Assembly: GCA_030141605.1 (NCBI GenBank)
Contig: JAQGDQ010001388.1
Span: 1 to 43,170 of the forward strand
Direction: 5' to 3'
From: Tubiluchus corallicola
Lineage: Eukaryota > Animalia > Priapulida
Length of the DNA: 43,170 nucleotides
The translations under genes and the position numbers were made by a program. Shown here in pieces: positions 24,201-34,874 of this stretch. The notes beneath the pieces are model-generated. The model was not told the DNA's origin. It saw only the letters and a program-made list of their open reading frames with translations, and made no database searches. Each line of letters opens with the position of its first letter. The first letter of the stretch is position 1.

Positions 24201-27200
24201 GATGAACACATTACAAGAGCATCTCCATAAGACATTGCCAGTCCCTCCCTCTCAAGGCATTTGGATCGGCCATTATGAAAAGCAGTAGAACTACAGACTT
24301 GTTTAACTGCAAGTATAAAATGAACAATCATGTTAATTTAACCAGAGTCACTCAGACCTAAGCCCAAATGCACGGACTTATTGGTCGCTCAGATGCAGTC
24401 AGTATGGTTGTGATCTTTGGCAGGATTTCTGGTTGTCCTCTTTTAGCAAATTTCATTGGTCGCAAGACAAGAACAAGAGAATTAATATTGACAAACTTTA
24501 GTCAGAATTTACAAGTATAAAAACTGCAAGGTACCTTAAAAATAATCTTTTTTTAGCTTGCCTTTGTCAGTAGAAAGACATAAAACTGTACTTAGAAGAG
24601 CAAGAGTACAACACTGCTTGTATGTCATGGAACATTGCCAGGAAGACTTAACCTGTCTGAAACAATGTCATCTAACATCCTACATCCTGTCTCAGCTGCC
24701 TGCGGCTACAGCATCTCACAAAGTGCATTGCATCTCACCTGTCTGAGGCAATGGCATCTCACAAACTGCGTATTCTATAGAGTCGTTAGTTTTTCTGCTC
24801 TGAAGGACAAATGTGTTTGACTCTTTGAGCACAATCACCCCAACTTTGTCAGCAGCTTCTACAAAACACATTCAGAATATGATTCGTTTTAGTACAAGTG
24901 CACAAAAAATAAGCTAGGTGTTGATAAGTTATTCAAAAAATCTAAATAATTTCTAATTTTACTAGATAATCGTTGAATTTCGGGAAAAGAAACTTGACAG
25001 AAAAAGAAAATTTGAACAGTGGAGCTTCGGACTACAACTTTTATGAAGGTTTTGCGAGCACTGCAGTCAAATTTATTGCCATGAATTAAGTGAAATACGC
25101 GTTATGTGGTCAGAATTTTTATATACATTGCAACCTCTAGAGACTTAAGATCTTATAAGAGTTAACAGAAAATCTGAGTTAAGCAGATTTGAGTTAAGCA
25201 GAGTGAAGTGACTGTGAAAAGTTAGAGTTTGACAAATGCCACAGGCAAAGTGTTTAAGAATGTATGCAACGTACATAAGTTTACACATTTTGTACGAATG
25301 CACAGCAAAACCTTATTCATAACGTTTTTCAACATACCTTCAAATATTTCAACGTTACTGTAAATACCAGTCATGTCCATATCCTGTAGATGTATCCAGT
25401 TATTGGTATTCCCATATTGCATCAGCCCAACCCACGCTATCTGCTCTCCCCTAATGATAAAGTAAATTAGTATTGTGTGAAAATTTAAACAGTATATCTT
25501 CTATATCCAAAATTCTGCAGTCTTTTTTCGCCAAAATTTTAGTAAAATGATTTTAGTAAGTTTGTCAGCCTTAGCACATTTACATGCATTTCAACAAATT
25601 ATATATACTTACAATATATATCAAAAATAACATGGCGTGTCACAAATAGTTATTACATTCCAAACATAAATTAAGTGTGACACCCATTAATTCATAAGAT
25701 ACATACATTGTAATAGCTGATTCCACTGCTGCTCCAACAGCTGCTACTTTCTCTTCTGAATCAACTTTAGCTAGAGAAGCAGTTAATCCATCAGCTTCCT
25801 GCCAACAAGTCCATTCAGCCAGTGCCAAGGAGTCAAAGTGATTTCTGGCCAAATTCAGGTCAAGTTGAATTACTTTGAGGCAAGATGAAAAATTGGCACT
25901 GGAATAATCGGTCCATCCTGAAGGACACTGATTGCCATCAACTAAATTAAACAAAACTGTTTTGTAATGTCCAGAAAAAATGCAGAAATGGTTCTCTTGT
26001 AAATGTCTCACGTCTCTGTGTTAACTTTGTGTCTTCCAATGTCAACCTCTGGTGGACCCAGAAGCAAAATATACAGCTGCAAATGAATATTCATAGAACA
26101 TTTGAAACACTAAGTCGAGGAAGAGCTGCGTGGTCATGACGTGTGCTTAATTGTGAATGTGGCTCTGCTTGTTCTGTGTCTGATCTTAAATATTTGCAAT
26201 TGGGGATTATGATCTTGAGTGATTGATATAGATCTTGCTGTCATAGATCTGGAACATTAAAAAAACTGGATAGCCGCGAAACAGTTCAACATTTATTGTG
26301 AATCACATTAAAATAGCTATTCTATAATTACGAGTTGGTTTAATAAATTATCTCACCTCCTGTCAGTGCAGTTGGCACCGCTGCAGCATCATATTCGCAA
26401 ATGACGTTAATCTCTTCAGAATCATCATATTGACATCTGTTGGTTCTCCATTGGTAACCACTACTCAGTTCAGCAATTACACAAAATTTATCCGTTGATG
26501 CTAAAAAACAGAAGTAGTTAATAAAATTTTAATAGTTCTCGATATTATATTAGTAATTATTGTTGAAAGCAGGAGAATCATTGTGTGTAAGTAAGATGAT
26601 AATGTATTTTAGTCTGGTTTGTAAGTAAGCATTTACACAATTAAAAGCTTGTTTAGATCAAGCTGGAAATCTAGTATGGCTTGCCTTATTTATGCGTTTA
26701 TGCTATTTTTTATGTCAATGGTAGAAAGTACAGAAATATGGTAATAAATTTAATTGCTAGTAATTTTGGCATTTTGTCTTTAAATATTGATAAAATTTGA
26801 AAGATTCTTATCCATACTGTTGCGTACTAACATTTTATTTACACTGTGCAAGTATAGCATAGAAAACGTGCATTTGTAAACAAAGTATTTCAGGTCATCG
26901 TTGCTCTTTGTAATAATGTTTAATTATTTATTTCACGCTGACTTTTAACACGTCAGCAAGTGACCAAACTAACATCTAAATACACACACCCTTTTAATTC
27001 ATCATTGATGTTGTTACTAATTTTTACTCTTACTATGAAATATGTAGACTCGTTATCATTTGACATAAATAAGATTCTCTTATAGTATAAAAGATTAAAT
27101 AATGCGGAAACAGAGCCTTTAGAAGAATCTAAATATTCTTCTAAATTCAGACTAATTTTTCTGTATGGATGATTCCAAATTGATTTGAATTGATGTGTGA

Positions 27201-28084
27201 ATTCGTTGGTTTTTAAAACGTGATAATCAGAGATCAACATACGACGCATCCAATCTTCCTGCCAATTTTTATAGTACCAATGTTCAGGCCCTCCAAAATC
27301 TTCATAAAGACCACCATCATCCCAGTAAAAGTTTTTGGTCACTTCATCGTACGTTATTCCCAGCCAATAGTAGTAGACTGTTGATGGAAATACAGCTCTG
27401 TAAATAAGGCAGTACATGAAACTTGTTCGATGGTGTTTTGAAGATAATCAAAGAAAAACTACAATTGAACTTCATGACAGACATGCGTAGTAATTGCATA
27501 TGCATGGACGTGTGGTGCATGTATGGTCCATGAGTAGCATTTTGTCATCTTGGTTAACATGATGCCTAGGTAGTCAGTATGCAGATGGATTGGATAAACC
27601 ATTTTGGTTCTCCCTCTGTACGATTTCCTTTGCCATGTTTATTTGGGCTGTTTACCTTTGTGAAGGGAGGATTTACACCAATCCAAACTTATGGTACCAC
27701 AACCGGGTTAGAGACTTGTGAGATACCAGATTGTATAAAAAATGTTCAACTGAAACTGACATTACATAATATTTAATTCCTTTCAAAGGGACCTTTTACA
27801 GTCATGTCATCGTTAAAACTTATTAACAATGGTTAATGGTATGGGGTAGGCTTTAAGTCTAAAATTACGAAGAAAGTAAGAAACCTTTGACACTCACCCA
27901 TTGTCACGAGCAAAGTAGTCCCAAACCTCTTCACTTTTAATTGACGCTAAAGAGGCCCCATATTGCTTGCAGTTGTAATAAGCTTTTACTCGGTTAGAAT
28001 GATCCATGACAAACTTATAACAATAGTTGTTTGTTCCGTCGGCTCCAACAAACCCTTCAAATCCTTCAGGGCATGATGCCTTAG
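8663..28084 (-). CDS. multi-exon gene, copy A: 3 C-type lectin-like domains followed by >=21 calcium-binding EGF repeats (extracellular glycoprotein); first and last exons not firmly identified
   Basis: 9 CTL exons and 21 complete + 1 partial EGF exons, with GT-AG boundaries and compatible phases read manually. No TM segment or terminal stop exon was found. Confidence 0.88.
9790..16500. repeat. tandem exon+intron repeat with a 786-bp basic unit and a 2792-bp higher-order unit
   Basis: Exon spacing is 786, 786, 786, 617, 603, 786, 786, 661. Exon pairs 10886/13678, 11672/14464 and 12458/15250 are exactly 2792 bp apart and share diagnostic variants. Introns are near-identical. Confidence 0.93.
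10376..10422 (-). pseudogene. truncated EGF exon with in-frame stop; further copies at 11162-11208, 11948-11994, 13954-14000, 14740-14786
   Basis: Intact TTCAG acceptor, then (D)INEC[DG]AVSPTHDCI followed by TAA. Confidence 0.8.
15523..21173. repeat. ~2.8-kb direct duplication flanking the assembly gap (15523-18298 vs 18399-21173)
   Basis: Six exon pairs at offsets of 2875-2877 bp with near-identical introns. The sequence after the gap restarts at CCGAGTTAACCTTATTGTCAC, as at 15523. Confidence 0.9.
18299..18398. other. assembly gap (100 N, probably a placeholder size)
   Basis: Run of exactly 100 N. Confidence 0.99.
18787..22241 (-). CDS. cbEGF exon array right of the gap (7 exons)
   Basis: Exons 18787-18936, 19656-19805, 19921-20070, 20158-20307, 20401-20550 (150 nt each), 21106-21249 (144 nt) and 22104-22241 (138 nt, using a shifted acceptor). 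Confidence 0.92.
23013..24306 (-). CDS. CTL-like domain 3, copy A (exons 24093-24306, 23421-23595, 23013-23115)
   Basis: KQVCSSTAFHNGRSKCL...MSYGDALVMC...LLEV | NVWLSPRLK...FEWLGYSLW | VEFCVIYVEPYKHYTYNCDYTSPSVCE; phases 1-2, 2-0, 0-1. Confidence 0.82.
24739..25941 (-). CDS. CTL-like domain 2, copy A (exons 25707-25941, 25338-25450, 24739-24858)
   Basis: QCPSGW...SCLKV...AEWTC...ASLAKVDSEE | AWVGLMQY..NW | ...YAVCE; phases 1-2, 2-1, 1-1. Confidence 0.85.
26357..28084 (-). CDS. CTL-like domain 1, copy A (exons 27898-28084, 27243-27397, 26357-26500)
   Basis: SCPEGF...CYKF...AYYNCKQYGASLASIKSEE | YWLGIT...FYWDDG...YKNW | FCV...WRTNRC...VICE; phases 1-2, 2-1, 1-1. Confidence 0.9.
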
Positions 28085-28804
28085 CTAAAAAAGTGAACAT
28101 CTATGAGGCACTAAAATTGTAACTAATTTATAAACTCAGAAATTGCTAATAGGTTTAATTAACTTTAATTAGATTAATTAGTTTCATTAGTGTTCCTGGA
28201 CAACTTATTTGATAAATTAACTCCTTATGACTGACAAAGCACTTGCCATAACTAATGGTACTATACTTCCTGATTAGGTATTTGTCAATTATTAGAAGAA
28301 TCTCTGTTATGCAAGACAGTTTACTCTTGAATACCTCATGAAAATACACTATGAGGTATCAAGCTGACCAACTTTAAAAGCCTGAAACTTGACACATGAG
28401 TATATTTTTAAGCCAGCAGCTACTCGGGAGTTGGACAAAGGTTTTTTTGTGATTGATTATAATTTGAAGAACGTAAAATATAAACTTAGCAAATACAAAC
28501 ATCAAGGCAAAGGCAACATAATTTTGTTTACTCTCAACATTAGCAGTAGCTGCTATTTTTGTGACATAAATTTTGCAAAAAACAGGCAAAAATGCAAGAC
28601 ACAAATAACAAGCAGCATGTAGGGTGTGCACTCCAGTATTAACAGAACTTGTCTCCATCCTAAAACTGCATTGTTGCAATTTATGGTCTAAAGCATTTGA
28701 CTTGTGAGCTCAGATGCCTGGCTGCTACACCAGTATTGCAATGACCAATTTCTATAATACCAAAGGCTGAAATGTTTATATTTTATTAAAAAATGTTTAT
28801 CTAA

Positions 28805-29585
28805 TCTCTTATATTAATATTCTTGGTATATATATATAAGATTTGAGGCTACAGCCCGGACGACGGCACCATTTGCGGCGATCTATACATCAAACGAAAG
28901 GTCTCGATCTAGTGTCGTGCCATTGATGGTTTATTTTTCGAATCGGGCCCACCAGGAGGAACGGGGGCGAAAAACCTCCAAAAATGGCCATTTTTCGGCC
29001 GTTTTTTGCAAAAGTTATACGGCTGAGATGTGGAGAACGGGAATGCGCCGAGGGGGGTACTGGGTATGGATAAATAGCTCGTTCAGCGATGGGTGTCATA
29101 GCCCTATTTAGAATTCGCGAGAAGGCCACGGCGCCCCGCAACGGGCGTTTTCCCGGACCCAACTCGCGATTTTTTCGAACTTTTGACCAAACAGCATGCG
29201 GAAAAAACGTTCTAGCGTCGCCTGGTGGGACTCTCGGAAGGAGAGATACGACTCATCAGGAAGAGGAAGAAAGGGGCTACACGCAGATGTGGGCTATATG
29301 TTAGGACATGTCCACCGAGAGGAGTACCGACGAGTTAGTTAGATGTTCTATTTTCGGCAATTTTCGCTTAGAAAACTGCTGACGCAATGTCATTGTTGTG
29401 ACGTCATTCTTTGAACTCTGCTTATAGCTTTAATTCAGTAAAAGCTGCTTTGCGTTAGGTAAGTAAACAAACAGTAGGCAGGATGTTACCGGCTTTGTGT
29501 TATAAATGAGGACTATGTAGGATTTTCGCGTATTATTGATTACACGTGTATTTATACGCAAAATCTTTTGCGGGGCCTTTGCTAG
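28805..29585 (+). mobile_element. non-autonomous Helitron-like element, copy 1 (781 bp)
   Basis: 5' end A|TCTCTTATATTAATA. 3' end CGCAAAA-TC-TTTTGCG hairpin, 9 nt, then CTAG|T. No TIR or TSD. These are canonical Helitron termini. Confidence 0.85.
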
Positions 29586-30385
29586 TCTATTATATTAATA
29601 TTCTTGGTATCTTAACATATATATAAGATTCGAGGCTACAGTTTTGACGAGGGCATCATTTGCAGCGATCTATATATCAAACGAAAGGTCTCGATCTAGT
29701 GTCGTCTCATTGATGGTTTATTTTTCGAATCGGGCCCACCGGGAGGAACGGGGGGCGAAAAACCTCCAAAAATGGCCCTTTTTCGGCCGTTTTTTGCAAG
29801 AAAATTGCAAAACTTATACGGCTGAGATGTAGAGAACGGGAATGGGTCGAGGGGGGTGCTGGGTATGGATAGATAGCCCGTTCAGCATTGGGTGTAGTAG
29901 GCATATTTAGAATTCCCGAGAGGGCCACGGGGTCCCGCAACGGGCGTTTTCCAGGACCCAACTCGCGATTTTTTCGAAATTTTGGCCAAACAGCCTGCGG
30001 AAAAAACGTTCTAGCGGCGGCGCGTGGTGGGACTCTCGGAAGGAGATATGGGATTCTTTAGAAAGAGGAAGAACGGGGCTACACGATGATGTGGGCTATA
30101 TGTTAGAGCAGGTCCACCGAGAGGAGTACTGGCGAGTTAATTAGATGTTCTATTTTTCGCAATTTTCGCATAGAAAACTGCTGACGCAAAGGCATTGTTG
30201 TGACGTCATCCATTGTATTCTGTCTATAATCTTATAGCTTTAATTCAGCAAAAAGCTGCTACGCTGCTGTAATTCAGTAAAAGCTGCTACGGCTTTGTGT
30301 TAAAAATGAGGACTAGGTAGAATATTCGCATGTTATTGATTATACGTGGTTTTTTACACAAAATCTTTTGCGGGGCCTTTGCTAG
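29586..30385 (+). mobile_element. non-autonomous Helitron-like element, copy 2 (800 bp), head-to-tail with copy 1
   Basis: Starts TCTATTATATTAATA immediately after the CTAG of copy 1 and ends CACAAAATCTTTTGCGGGGCCTTTGCTAG|T. Homologous to copy 1 throughout, but diverged. Confidence 0.85.
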
Positions 30386-30678
30386 TCGTGGTGTGATGTG
30401 GTGGAGTCGCATGGTGTGGGTGGTGTGGTGTGGTGTGTGGGTGGTGTGGGTGGTGTGGTGTGTAGGTGGTATGGTGTGGTGCGGTGCGGTGTGGTGGTAT
30501 TGTGTGGTGCAGTGTGGTGCGATGAGGTGGAGTGGTATGGTGTGGTGCAGTGTGGTGCAGTGTGGTGCGATGAGGTGGGTGGTATGGTGTGGTGCAGTGT
30601 GGTGTGATGAGGTGGAGTGGTGTGGTGTGGGTTGTGTGTTGATTTGTGTGCAAAATTCTTTTTGTGGGGTTTGGCTAT
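30386..30678 (+). repeat. (GTGGT)n-like low-complexity repeat ending in a degenerate Helitron-type 3' end
   Basis: Degenerate pentamer array followed by GCAAAATTCTTTTTGTGGGGTTTGGCTA. Confidence 0.8.
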
Positions 30679-30805
30679 AACTTATATATCGGCGGGAAAA
30701 ACGTTCTAGCATCGCCCAGTGGGACTCTCGGAAGGAGATATATAGCTTATATTAAATATATATATATATATAACAATATATATATATTAGTAATAATAAT
30801 AATAA

Positions 30806-31350
30806 CTAGCCAAACCCCACAAAAAGAAATTTGTGCACAAATCAACACACAACTTACACCACACCACTCCACCTCATCACACCACACTGCACCACACCAT
30901 ACCACTCCACCTCATCACACCACACAATACCACCACACCGCACCGCACCACACCATACCAACTACACACCACACCACCCACACCATACCACTCCACCACA
31001 TCACACCACACCGCACCACACCATACCACTGCAGCACACAGCACCACCCACACACCACACCACACCACACCACACCACCCACACCATACGACTCCACCAC
31101 ATCACACCACACTGCACCACACTGCACCACCCACACACCACACCACACCACACCACCCACACCATAATACTCTGCCACATCACACTGCACTGCACCACAC
31201 CATAACACCACAACATCCACCCACCCACACACCACACCACCCACTCCATACCACACTACCCACACCACACCCTATCACCCCACCACACCATCCATAGCAC
31301 GACACACAAAGCACACCACCACCACACCACATCAAATCCACCACCTCACG
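30806..31350 (-). repeat. (CACCA)n-like repeat (inverse of 30386-30678) with a Helitron-type 3' end on the minus strand
   Basis: The minus strand ends CACAAATTTCTTTTTGTGGGGTTTGGCTAG|T, with CTAG at 30806-30809. Confidence 0.8.
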
Positions 31351-31496
31351 TGGTGGTCATGATGTTGATGATGATGATGATGGTGGTGGCAATGATGACG
31401 ACACCTATAGCACAAGCACCAACAGCACAGCATTACAACAAAACCATTCCAAACATTTTTCACAAAGTTGAAACTATGTGCTATAATATAATAAAT

Positions 31497-32592
31497 ATCA
31501 AAGGCCCCGCAAAAGATTTTGTGTAAAAAACCACGTATAATCAATAATACGCGAACATCCTACCTAGTTCTCATTTATAACACAAAGCCCGTAACATCTT
31601 GCCTACTGTTTGTTTAACTAATGCAAAGCCTGTAGCTTTTTGCTGAATTAAAGGTTTTGCGTAAAAAAAACGTATAATCAATAACACGTGAACATCCTAC
31701 ACAATCCTCATTTATAACACAAATCCCGTAACATCCTGTCTACTGTATGTCTGTTTATCTAACGCAAACCCGTAGCAGGCAGCTTTTTGCTGAATTAAAG
31801 GTTTTGCGTAAAAAAACACGTATAATCAATAACACGTGAACATCCTACACAATCCTCATTTATAACACAAATCCCGTAACATCCTGTCTACTGTATGTCT
31901 GTTTATCTAACGCAAAAACATAGCAGGCAGCTTTTTGCTGAATTAAAGTTATAAGATTACAGCAGGGTACAATGGATGACGTCAGCACAATGGAATGCGT
32001 CACCACGGTTTTCTAAGCGAAAATCGCCGAAAATAGAACATCAAATTAACTCGTTGATACTCCTCTCGATGGACCTGCCCTAACATATAACCCACATCAT
32101 CGTGTAGCCCTGTCCTTTCTCTTTCTGATGAGCCGTATATCTCCTTCCGAGAGTCCCACCGGGCGCCGCTAGAACTTTTTTTCCGCAGGCTGTTTGGTCA
32201 AAATTTCGAAAAAATCGCGAGTTGGGTCCGGGCAAACGCCCGTTGCGGGGTGCCGTGGCCCTCTCGTTAATTCTAAATATGCCTACTACACCCACCGCTG
32301 AACGGGCTATCTATCCATACCCAGCACTCCCCTCGGCCCGTTCTCGTTCTCTACATCTCAGCCTTATAACTTTTGCAAAAAACGGCCGAAAAAGGGCCAT
32401 TTTTGGAGGTTTTTCGCCCCCCGTTCCTCCCGGTGGGCCCCATTCGAAAAATAAACCATCAATGGCACGACACTAGATCGAGACCTTTCTTTTGATATAT
32501 AGATTGCTGCAAATGGTGCCCTCGTCCGGGCTGTAGCCTCGAATCTTATATGTAAATAAATAAATATATTAAGATACCAAGAATATATATAT
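31497..32592 (-). mobile_element. Helitron-like element copy with an internal ~147-bp subterminal tandem repeat (about 3 units) and a degenerate 3' end
   Basis: Homologous to 28805-29585 in reverse. Repeat GTTTTGCGTAAAAAAA occurs at 31654 and 31801. The 3' end reads GGGGCCTTTGATA instead of GCTAG. Confidence 0.78.
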
Positions 32593-32925
32593 AATCTTAT
32601 AACTTTAATTCAGCAAAAAGCTGCCTGCTACGGGTTTGCGTTAGATAAACAGACATACAGTAGACAGGATGTTACGGGCTTTGTGTTATAAATGAGGATT
32701 GTGTAGGATGTTCACGTGTTATTGATTATACGTGGTTTTTTACGCAAAATCTTTAATTCAGCAAAAAGCTACAGGCTTTGCGTTAGTTAAACAAACAGTA
32801 GGCATGATGTTACGGGCTTTGTGTTATATAAATATATAGCCATTGTTCTGACGTCATCCATTGTACTCTGTCTATAGCTTTAATTCAGTAAAAGCTGCCT
32901 GCTGGCTCTGTGTTAGATAAACTGA
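32593..32925 (+). mobile_element. rearranged plus-strand fragments of the Helitron-like subterminal region
   Basis: Reverse complement of parts of 31560-31990 (TTTAATTCAGCAAAAAGCTG..., GGATGTTACGGGCTTTGTGTTATAAATGAGG). Confidence 0.7.
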
Positions 32926-32944
32926 TATAATATAATATTAATAT

Positions 32945-33161
32945 CACACCACACTGCACCACACCATACCACTCCACCTCATCGCACCACACCACACTGC
33001 ACCACACCATACCACTCCACCTCATCGCACCACACTGCACCACACAATACCACCACACCGCACCGCACCACACCATACCACCTACACACCACACCACCCA
33101 CACCACTCACACACCACACCACACCACCCACACCATGCGACTCCACCACATCACACCACGA
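32945..33161 (-). repeat. (CACCA)n-like repeat, mirror of 30386-30620
   Basis: Junction CACATCACACCACGACTAGC is the reverse complement of GCTAGTCGTGGTGTGATGTG. Confidence 0.85.
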
Positions 33162-33947
33162 CTAGCAAAGGCCCCGCAAAAGATTATGCGTAAAAAACCA
33201 CGTATAATCAATAACACGCGAACATTCTACCTAGTCCTCATTTTTAACACAAAGCCCGTAGCAGCTTTTACTGAATTACAGCAGCGTAGCAGCTTTTTGC
33301 TGAATTAAAGCTATAAGATTATAGACAGAATACAATGGATGACGTCACAACAATGCCTTTGCGTCAGCAGTTTTCTAAGCGAAAATTGCCGAAAAATAGA
33401 ACATCTAATTAACTCGCTAGTACTCCTCTCGGTGGACCTGCCCTAACATATAGCCCACATCATCTTGTAGCCCCGTTCTTCCTCTTTCTAAAGAGCCCCA
33501 TATCTCTTTCCGAGAGTCCCACCAGGCGCCGCTAGAACGTTTTTTCCGCAGGCTGTTTGGCCAAAATTTCGAAAAAATCGCGAGTTGGGTCCGGGAAAAC
33601 GCCCGTTGCGGGACCCCGTGGCCCTTTCGGGAATTCTAAATATGCCTACTACACCCAACGCTGAACGGGCTATCTATCCGTACCCAGCACCCCCTCGACC
33701 CATTCCCGTTCTCTACATCTCAGCCGTATAACTTTTGCAATTTTTTGCAAAAAACGCCCGAAAAAGGGCCATTTTTGGAGGTTTTTCGCCCCCCGTTCCT
33801 CCCGGTGGGCCCGATTCGAAAAATAAGCCATCAATGAGACGACACCTTTCGTTTGATATATAGATCGCTGCAAATGATGCCCTCGTCAAAACTGTAGCCT
33901 CGAATCTTATATATATGTTAAGATACCAAGAATATTAATATAATAGA
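33162..33947 (-). mobile_element. Helitron-like element, mirror of copy 2
   Basis: CTAG at 33162-33165 and TC start at 33947. Several substitutions and a ~11-bp deletion relative to 29586-30385. Confidence 0.85.
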
Positions 33948-34728
33948 CTAGCAAAGGCCCCGCAAAAGATTTTGCATATAAATACACGTGTAATCAATAA
34001 TACGCGAAAATCCTACATAGTCCTCATTTATAACACAAAGCCGGTAACATCCTGCCTACTGTTTGTTTACTTACCTAACGCAAAGCAGCTTTTACTGAAT
34101 TAAAGCTATAAGCAGAGTTCAAAGAATGACGTCACAACAATGACATTGCGTCAGCAGTTTTCTAAGCGAAAATTGCCGAAAATAGAACATCTAACTAACT
34201 CGTCGGTACTCCTCTCGGTGGACATGTCCTAACATATAGCCCACATCTGCGTGTAGCCCCTTTCTTCCTCTTCCTGATGAGTCGTATCTCTCCTTCCGAG
34301 AGTCCCACCAGGCGACGCTAGAACGTTTTTTCCGCATGCTGTTTGGTCAAAAGTTCGAAAAAATCGCGAGTTGGGTCCGGGAAAACGCCCGTTGCGGGGC
34401 GCCGTGGCCTTCTCGCGAATTCTAAATAGGGCTATGACACCCATCGCTGAACGAGCTATTTATCCATACCCAGTACCCCCCTCGGCGCATTCCCGTTCTC
34501 CACATCTCAGCCGTATAACTTTTGCAAAAAACGGCCGAAAAATGGCCATTTTTGGAGGTTTTTCGCCCCCGTTCCTCCTGGTGGGCCCGATTCGAAAAAT
34601 AAACCATCAATGGCACGACACTAGATCGAGACCTTTCGTTTGATGTATAGATCGCCGCAAATGGTGCCGTCGTCCGGGCTGTAGCCTCAAATCTTATATA
34701 TATATACCAAGAATATTAATATAAGAGA
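33948..34728 (-). mobile_element. Helitron-like element, mirror of copy 1
   Basis: CTAG at 33948-33951 and TC start at 34728. Almost identical to 28805-29585. Confidence 0.85.
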
Positions 34729-34874
34729 TTAGATAAACATTTTTTAATAAAATATAAACATTTCAGCCTTTGGTATTATAGAAATTGGTCATTGCAATAC
34801 TGGTGTAGCAGCCAGGCATCTGAGCTCACAAGTCAAATGCTTTAGACCATAAATTGCAACAATGCAGTTTTAGG

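Larger units (their letters stand above)
20365..30620. repeat. left arm of giant inverted duplication
   Basis: Reverse complement of ~32945-43170. Coordinate sums of mirrored ORFs and exons are constant at 63533-63535, and window end 43170 maps to 20365. Confidence 0.97.

Noticed and set aside
26953-27242. C-terminal extension of the 154-aa ORF (and mirror 36291-36580)
   Set aside because: A phase-1 donor C|GTATGT after WMR joins correctly to the next CTL exon, so the extension is intron read-through.
8663-28084. Naming the gene fibrillin, Notch, selectin or mannose receptor
   Set aside because: No TB, LNR/ankyrin, sushi or FN2 domains were seen and the architecture matches none of them, so no symbol is assigned.
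29143-29154. NF-kB-like site GGGCGTTTTCCC in the Helitron copies
   Set aside because: Imperfect match to GGGRNNYYCC and expected by chance in GC-rich sequence.
30386-31350. Telomere fusion site (G-rich tract facing C-rich tract)
   Set aside because: The repeat is a degenerate GTGGT pentamer, not TTAGGG/TTAGG, and each tract ends in a Helitron-type terminus.
30287-31544. His/Pro/Thr-rich and Val/Trp/Cys/Gly-rich ORFs
   Set aside because: They are translations of (CACCA)n/(GTGGT)n low-complexity DNA open in several frames on both strands, with no splice or domain support.
28890-34643. Short ORFs such as MGPGKRPLRG... and MGVIALFRIRE... as genes or a transposase
   Set aside because: They lie inside GC-rich non-autonomous repeats, differ in frame and length between copies, and show no Rep/helicase motifs.
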